DNA from: Neolecta irregularis DAH-3
Taxonomy: Eukaryota
DNA length: 32,492 bases
Direction of reading: 5' to 3'
Assembly (NCBI GenBank): GCA_001929475.1
Contig: LXFE01002699.1
Location: forward strand, 1 to 32,492
The notes beneath the pieces were generated by a model, which saw only the letters and a program-made list of their open reading frames with translations, had not been told where the DNA came from and did no database searches. The translations under genes and the position numbers were made by a program. This document shows positions 26,125 through 32,492 of the stretch, in pieces (position 1 is the first letter of the stretch; every line of letters begins with the position of its first letter).

Positions 26125-27910
26125 TCACTTCTTCACGTCCCCTATAATGACGACCCAGAGGCCGACTTCATCGTTGAGACTCTTCAAGGGCGTAGCATGG
26201 ATCCAGCGTTGACCATGCCAGATGATCTTTGCGCTAACCGCTTGGCCCAGTCGAAGAGTTCCTGAAAGACCGTCAAGAATCTGTGTAGGCGTGCTTGTTC
26301 GGAGTAATTCCGAGAAACTTGTTCCAGACAATGTAGAATGCTTGAGTTGCAGACTTGGTGATACGAATAGTATAGTCAAAGTAGGATCCTGCCGCAGAAT
26401 AACGTACTAAACATGACAATTTGTAGGAATAGAACAATGACCTTGCGATATGTCGCTTTAAGCTTCATTATGTTCTGATCAAGTGAGTCTTGATGATTGT
26501 CAATGAGATCTTCATTTAAATCCTGCTTCGATATTACTAATCGCTGTCTCTCCTCTGAGCTAGATTTTCTCTTGGATTTAGATTTGTATAAAAAGCAATC
26601 GTCGTGCTCAGTGTAATGTAAACCAGCGTCATGTGCTTCTTCTGAATGTACATTATCTTCGTTAAAAAACAAGAATCGCCGAGATTTATGGAGCATAGCA
26701 GTAACATTAATTTGACCGCCAAGGAAATATTGGATTTTATCGTATTCATCACGTAAAGGGGCGACAAAAAGGAGATTGAAGAACGGAACCCCATCCTCGT
26801 GGATAAGCAAACATTAGAACAAACAAATAATATACCTTTCGATAATTCAACAAGAGTTCCGTATGTTCAACACCATTCATTATCGCTTTTTTCAGACGAG
26901 ATACACAGGAGGGGTTAGTAGCCGGACCCTGAAGAAGCCTGCAATCTAAAAAAGGTAAGGCTACAATCAACAGAAACGGAGACGACCTTGGTTTATAATT
27001 TCATGTCGATCGTAACCAGTAACTTTTAGAAACCCATCACTAACCAAAACAATTCTAAAAAGTTAGAACTGAAGCAGGAAAACGACCTGGGTAAAGAAGT
27101 ATACGGGTTATCAAGATGTGAAGGATTCGTTAGACAAAAACATTCGCATAGACCTTGGACGCTTCGAGAAACGCGTGGTCCATCAAATCCGGTAATCTTT
27201 TCGTAAGATTTTTGAGAGATAAAAGATGCCATTCGATCTCGAAGGTACTCGGGAAAATCAATTTCATATAGTTCTTTTTGGGCTGATGCGCACATTGTAG
27301 CGAGAGGTGAGGGACGAGGATTTGAAGATCGAGGTAAATCAGGGTATTCCTTTGATATTGTATTTGAAAGGGCGTTGAGGTAAACTGTTGTGGTTTGGTG
27401 ATGATGTAGTAAAATCCAGCGATCGAGTAGATGTGCACTAATGTTTGTGTGAAGCGGACATTATATTTTTGGTAAATACCGTTTTCTCAAAGCCAGCCAT
27501 GAACGAAAGACTTTTCTTCCCTGTGAATCTGCAAGCGCTTCGAGAAAAGCTCTTTCCGAGACGAGGTTGAGGGCATCAGATTGTGAATCTTCTTGTATAC
27601 TGAGTTTCGGCATTGATCTTTGGACGTTTCGCAAGATAGATTCGTTGATTTGTTCAAAGAAATCTAACGTGAACCCGGAAGAAGAAGTACTCGGAGTCGG
27701 AGATTCAAAGAGTTTGCCCGAACTGATCATATCCATGATTGATTCCATGTCGCCATCACTTTCAAAGATATTATGGATATGACAATCATTGTGTTTTGAA
27801 TGCGCGAGCTGTACTCGATGAAGCACGTCTCTTGTGGCAGCGTTCATATCCAGGGGTCTGTCCTTGCTACATGATTTATCAGCAATCAAATTTCCAGAAA
27901 ATCCCGACAT
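26125..27910 (-). CDS. RGS-LOV-DUF blue-light photoreceptor (BcLOV4-like architecture); about 5 introns
   Basis: The spliced LOV domain reads GLCECFCLTNPSHLDNP|IVLVSDGFLKVTGYDRHEIINQ|DCRLLQGPATN...ELLLNYRK|DGVPFFNLLFVAPL...FLGGQINVT. Upstream is an RGS-like segment (KVFRSWL..LLDRW..ELYEIDFPEYL). The C-terminus reads RWIHATPL...VGLWVVII. Confidence 0.88.
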
Positions 27911-28143
27911 GGGGACGCAAGAGGAAATTTCGGATACCTTGGGTTTGTTTCAGGTGGGGAGATGTTTAATGCGGTTATACTTTCACCAATAGGGAAAGAA
28001 GGCGTAGAGAATGTTACGACCTTTATGGAAGAGTATAAACTAAAGGTATATAGAATAGTCCAAGTTGCAACAGTTAGAGTAGGTCCGTTTCCAAATTTGA
28101 CAGCTCCAGATGTATCCGGTGTTCAGCGATTATCATCTAGCTT

Positions 28144-28315
28144 TGTCAACAGCCGGGTCACAAGTGTCAGCACATGACCTGGGGTTGGGTGCTGACGTGG
28201 ACTTGGATAGGATATGCTGACGTAGAGACTGAGTAAAAGTAACTACGTATAAATATCAGGGGAAAGCCTAGCCGGCTAGCCCGGCTGGGCGCTACTTATA
28301 TACAGATCCGCCACA
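28144..28315 (+). mobile_element. LTR-like segment (TG...CA, 172 bp), putative retroelement remnant
   Basis: Starts TGTCAAC and ends CCGCCACA. Contains two TGCTGACGT motifs, TATAAATA (28248-28255) and GC-rich palindromes. No target-site duplication or convincing PBS/PPT found. Confidence 0.38.
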
Positions 28316-28506
28316 TGGGCTGCTGCCGTCATTTGACTGCCTGCCTTCATATTTCTTTGCTGGGTGGCGGTGCTTGTGACTGGCGCGACCTGGACGAGCT
28401 GCGACCCTGCTGCACTTTGTGCTCCTTTGGGCGGTGGCGGTGGCAAGGCGACCGTGGGGTCGACAACAAGGGTAAGAACGAATGTGGAAATCCAACAGTA
28501 ACGGAG

Positions 28507-28650
28507 CCTCGAGTTATTCTTCAACGCAGGGACAAAAAACCTCTATTATACTTGCTGACTTGTCGGAACCATNNNNNNNNNNATCCTCGAGTTATTCTTC
28601 AACGCAGGGACAAAAAACCTCTATTATACTTGCTGACTTGTCGGAACCAT
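28507..28650. repeat. 66-bp direct duplication (28507-28572 = 28585-28650) across N gap 28573-28582; probable unmerged contig overlap
   Basis: Identical 66-mers on both sides of a 10-N gap, with a G/T difference immediately before them. Confidence 0.9.
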
Positions 28651-28733
28651 ACACTAGGTGGCTCGCCTAGCTGTTTATCGGTTTATCTGCTGGAGCGCGT
28701 TGTTGATCGCCCATGCCCTCCCTTATTTTGCAC

Positions 28734-28746
28734 TAGGGTTAGGGTT
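28734..28746. repeat. Short interstitial telomeric-type motif TAGGGTTAGGGTT
   Basis: About two TTAGGG units; reads AACCCTAACCCTA on the minus strand. Confidence 0.6.
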
Positions 28747-28797
28747 TAGAATTTGAATTCATATAATATTTACAAAGACAAAAGAGATAAAAGAATA

Positions 28798-28946
28798 CAG
28801 TAGAACCTGGTTACATTGAACCTCGGCACAACGAATTCCTTGTTCAACCGACCCCAACCCCTTCCAATATCAATTTGTAAAGGTTATAGAATGAATCCTC
28901 CTTGTAACAAATTAATACCCTTGAACGCCATAACCAGGTTCTACTG
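28798..28946. mobile_element. MITE (149 bp), Tc1/mariner-pogo type, TA target duplication
   Basis: TA|CAGTAGAACCTGGTTA ... TAACCAGGTTCTACTG|TA, a perfect 16-bp TIR related to that of the 16196 element. Confidence 0.9.
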
Positions 28947-29024
28947 TAAAACTCTGCATGGGATATAGCAATGCCGCAGCACAACCACAATAAAAAGAAA
29001 AGAGATAATGCCATGAGGTACAAT

Positions 29025-30736
29025 CTAATGTCCATTGGTCTGTGCAAGTCGACCTAGAAGGACCGTAAACTGTGAGCCAGCGCCTCCATTGACCATATGG
29101 ACTCCTGTGGTCGCTGTATTAACGATTTGGGTAGGGACAGTAATATCTTCTCCTGGTGGTCCGTGACCAACTTGATACATTTCTCCAAACCCCCAACTCC
29201 ACGCGGCTCCATCTTTAGTAATAGCCACATTATGATGCGTTCCGCAGAAAACCTTTTCAACGGGGGGGATGCCGGGGACTTTGGTAGGCGAGTAAATGTA
29301 TCGTGGTCGTCCGCCGTCATCTTTGTATACTTTCTCTGGAGGTAAATCGGATTTACATAGACCTAGTTGGCAGCCATCTAGACGGCCCCAAGCTAGTACA
29401 TCTCCTGATCGAGTAACCGCTATCGAATGGTGTTCACCGCCTGTAATTCCAACGACATCGTAACCTTTCAGACTATGGACTCTAGTTGGATTTCCAATAA
29501 CCGCTTCATTTTGATTGCCTTGGTTTGCAAGTCCGCATTGACCAAACTGGTTCAATCCCCAAGAAAATACAGTCCCGGTATTATCAATCGCAAAAGAGTG
29601 GTACGATCCAGTTCCAATAACTTTAATATTTTTTAATCCGAATTCGCGCGGGGTAAGTGCATTATTCCGTGTCCGTTCGACTACTTTTCGACCGAGTTGA
29701 CATTGTTGGCCGTTTCCCCATGCGAATACTTTTCCATGTGCAGTAAGCGCGAGGATATGATCGGTTCCACAAACTACTTGCACTACGTGATGTAGCCCGT
29801 GAATCAGGGCCGGGTAGTGCATAATTGCGTAATGAGGACTATACCCCAACAGTCCCTCTGAACACTAAAAACAGTCAGCTGAAAGATGAGGGCGAGAGTT
29901 ACTCTGAATGTACCCCACGTGTACAATTCGCCTTCGTCGGTAATAGCAGCAGTAATACTATCGCCACAAGCCACAGAAACAACATTTACATCCTGTGGTA
30001 ATTCGACAACGACACCAGGAACAGATTCTCTAGGATTGATCGGTTCATTCTCGTCTTCTTCCGAATCGTCGGCGTCAGCATCGCCATTTACAGTGGCTTT
30101 AGGAGGAGGCACTTCCCACCGCGTATCACGACCAAGGGCTCCCTGATCATTAACTCCCCACGTATAAATCTTTCCGTCAAAAGCCAATGCAGCAGAATGC
30201 ATTCCGCCGACAGAAATATCTACTGCGCCCACTTTTTCCAGATCAAGGAATGTATTTAAACGTGGTCTTTTTACTATTTGACAGTTTGAAGCGGGACCGA
30301 GTCCTAGTTCGGCCATGGTTCCTGTGCCAAATACGTAGACGGCAAGTTTCTCTGAAAGGCGGATGCGAGGCGGATTTAATGGAGGTTTTGTAGTTCGTTT
30401 GGCGGCGGTTGTTGCGGTTCTGCCTCGTTTTGCGGGGGGGATTTTTGCCGATGGATCGTCTTGGGAAGGAGATGGATGGTGCGCTGTTTTACTGCGTTTA
30501 GACGAGGGTACTTGCTTGTCGCCTGAAATCTGACGTTTCTTTGACGAGGCTGCAGGGATTTCTGATTCCATTTGTGAAGGGGGGGGTTTATTATGCGGGG
30601 AAACTTTCTTTGTGATTGTTTTCTTTGAGGATGTTTTTGTTTTTGAGGCGGTTGATTTTGATGAGGATGTTGACTTTTGAGAAGAGAGGGTTTCGTTGGT
30701 GGTAGTACGAGACCGACAAGTTCTTTTTTGAGACAT
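29025..30736 (-). CDS. RCC1: RCC1 Ran guanine-nucleotide exchange factor (Pim1/Srm1/Prp20); one intron near 29863-29908
   Basis: Basic N-terminal tail, then RCC1 repeats: VYVFGTGTMAELGLG, GGMHSAAL, TWGVNDQGALGR, YTWGTFR, AWGNGQQCQLGR, SWGLNQFGQCG, GGEHHS. Confidence 0.95.
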
Positions 30737-30879
30737 AATATGCAGGAATAAGATGGAAAAGATGATTATGGCAGGGGGAAGTAAAAATTGGTGGAGGTTG
30801 TTGACACGCGGTTACTGCGCGACTTGCGATTTACACGGTTAGAACAAGCACGTTTATGATACAAAGAAAGCGAAATAGC

Positions 30880-31257
30880 TTACTTTTGGACGAGATGATT
30901 GTAATGACTGGGAGTTTTCATTAGGCACTTTAGACAATCCTGGCGGAAACCCATTATCAGTACATTCTTTATATGAGGCGATTGGTGATCCATATCGACG
31001 TCTAGCATAGCCAAATCAGAAACCTGCCTAAGTACAGAATGCAAATTCGAGGAATACCTGGCTTTGGGAAGATTGTATGCGGAAGTTCATTTGGTCATCA
31101 TTACCAGACATACGTCGTTTCTGGCGGGGGTTAGTAGTGTGGGACGGTAGACTACCTGTCTATAGTCGTCGTGGTCTGTTTCTGCCTTGCGTTTTGTGCC
31201 CTTTCGAGAGAGAAAAGAGTATTGGGGAGGGCCGGTGTGTTGACTTGTGAACGACAT
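30880..31257 (-). CDS. Small uncharacterised 3-exon protein (about 102 aa) with a C-terminal MGFRQDCLKC..PSHYNH motif
   Basis: Exons 31257-31156, 31120-31058 and 31023-30880. Intron 1 (35 nt) has GTAGT, a perfect TACTAAC branch point and CAG; intron 2 (34 nt) runs GTATT...CAG. Splicing gives a continuous frame with KRK/KRR basic clusters and a CxxC-x6-H-x2-H end. Confidence 0.72.
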
Positions 31258-31489
31258 TGGAAGGGGATTTTGCAGGACCTTGATGTTTGTCAAATGTAAA
31301 TAATACGTGAGGGAGTCCATGGTATATTGTGGTTAGGACATGAAGACTATACGAGGAAGAATATAGCAGGATATCAATTTTACATCATAAATATAGACGA
31401 AGAAAAATGGAATAATATTGATTCAAGCTATTTGAGGGTGAAATTTTGGCAGGTGGTGTAGTGAATTTTTCACGATTGACTTCATACCG

Positions 31490-32349
31490 ATGGGGTGGTT
31501 TTGGGCTGAACGCAAGAGACCACAAACAGGAGGGAGTTTGGACAGAGGAGGGAGTTTGGACAGAGGAGGATGTCCCGTTGCAAGGGATCAAGGCTCGGAT
31601 GGATGCCCCGTTGATTCTGCAAGGGATCAAGGGTTGGATGGAGGGACGTGCCCAATGGTCAACGCGCTCAACGGGATGCCTATGGTGTCTCAAACAGCGG
31701 CGGCTGGGCAAAAGACGGCACTGTCTACACGGCGGGAGACGAGCTCTATTCCGCGGGGCGACAAGGAAGGGAAGTGGGAGTACCCGTCGCCGCAGCAGAT
31801 GTACAATGCGCTACTGCGAAAGGGGCACCACGACACGCCTGCCGAGGATGTGAGCAGCATGGTAGACGTGCACAATTTTGTGAACGAGGGGGCGTGGAGG
31901 GAGGTCGTAAAGTGGGAGTCGCGGTATGCACGGTGCGCGAGCGCGAGATCATGGCTGACGGCAGGGAGGGGCAGGCGCCGCGGCTGAGCAGGTTCCAAGG
32001 GCGGCCTGGGGAGACGAGCCCCAAGGCGCGGGTGCTGCACGCGCTGGGGAAGGTGTGCCCGGCCAGGTTTGGGTACGGCGCGGGCGGCGGCAGGCAGTAC
32101 GGCTGACAGCAGGGGGCCGCTTCCGTTTGACCGGCACGACTGGTATGTGCAGCGGGGGGAGCAGGAGGTGCGGTATATTATCGACTTCTATGCGGGGCCA
32201 GCTGCGGGCGGGGAGGCGGTGTTTTATGTGGACGTGCGGCCTGCGCTCGACTCTGCGGGCGCTGTCGCTGCGCGGGTGCGGGCGCTGTGGGCGGCAGACG
32301 CAGGCGCAGACACAGACGCAGGCGCAGGCGCAGACGCAGACGCAGACAG
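31490..32349 (+). CDS. CYC3: Holocytochrome c synthase (cytochrome c heme lyase); 2 introns; 3' end lost in the N gap
   Basis: MGWFW start, CPV/CPV/CPM heme-regulatory motifs, [65 protein letters not shown]. Confidence 0.95.
32294..32349 (+). repeat. Degenerate (GCAGAC/GCAGGC)n hexamer microsatellite encoding an Ala-Asp/Gly tail of Cyc3
   Basis: Hexamer periodicity running into the N gap at 32350-32359. Confidence 0.85.
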
Positions 32350-32359
32350 NNNNNNNNNN

Positions 32360-32492
32360 TTGTGAGCCAGCGCCTCCATTGACCATATGGACTCCTGTGG
32401 TCGCTGTATTAACGATTTGGGTAGGAACAGTAATATCTTCTCCTGGTGGTCCGTGACCAACTTGATACATTTCTCCAAACCCCCAACTCCAC
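32360..32492 (-). repeat. Near-identical copy of 29070-29202 (RCC1 3' coding region); probable alternative-haplotype fragment
   Basis: Identical except 32360 T vs 29070 C and 32426 A vs 29136 G; both are synonymous in the RCC1 frame (Gln, Val). Confidence 0.93.

Noticed and set aside
25711-26212. ORFs of 68-118 aa between MED20 and the LOV gene
   Set aside because: Non-ATG starts and no motifs; probably UTR or intergenic sequence.
28507-28650. Direct repeat resembling a tandem duplication or CRISPR-like unit
   Set aside because: Only two copies flanking an N gap in a eukaryotic scaffold; best explained as an unmerged overlap.
31949-32470. ORF fusing an RCC1 fragment to a VCVCVC repeat
   Set aside because: Artefact of reading across the N gap from the duplicated fragment into antisense CYC3 microsatellite.

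Overview
Gene-dense, intron-rich fungal genomic scaffold (about 40-45% GC by eye, introns mostly 31-55 nt, very short intergenic spacers). The architecture and gene content suggest an early-diverging ascomycete (Taphrinomycotina, possibly Neolecta-like); this is inference only. I can support 19 spliced or unspliced protein genes: an Mss2-like Sel1/TPR protein, a Bud21-like U3-associated protein, NC2-alpha/Bur6, NOSIP, Ilv3, a Pxp2/AhpD-like protein, Yip1, Rtt103, mitoribosomal mL50, an Aro4-type DAHP synthase, a Fun26/ENT transporter, Cwf19, FHIP/FAM160, Med20, an RGS-LOV photoreceptor, RCC1, a small CxxC-x6-H-x2-H protein and Cyc3 heme lyase. There are also two related TA-flanked MITEs, an LTR-like segment and three 10-N gaps, each next to a near-identical duplicate that looks like a second haplotype. 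The most interesting items are the divergent RGS-LOV-DUF blue-light receptor with a repeat-like upstream region, the cryptic 3-exon zinc-motif microprotein missed by the ORF track, Gcn4-type sites before both amino-acid biosynthesis genes, and a sharp GC/G-skew rise at the right end. All identifications come from remembered motifs; no searches were run. Exon boundaries were inferred by hand.
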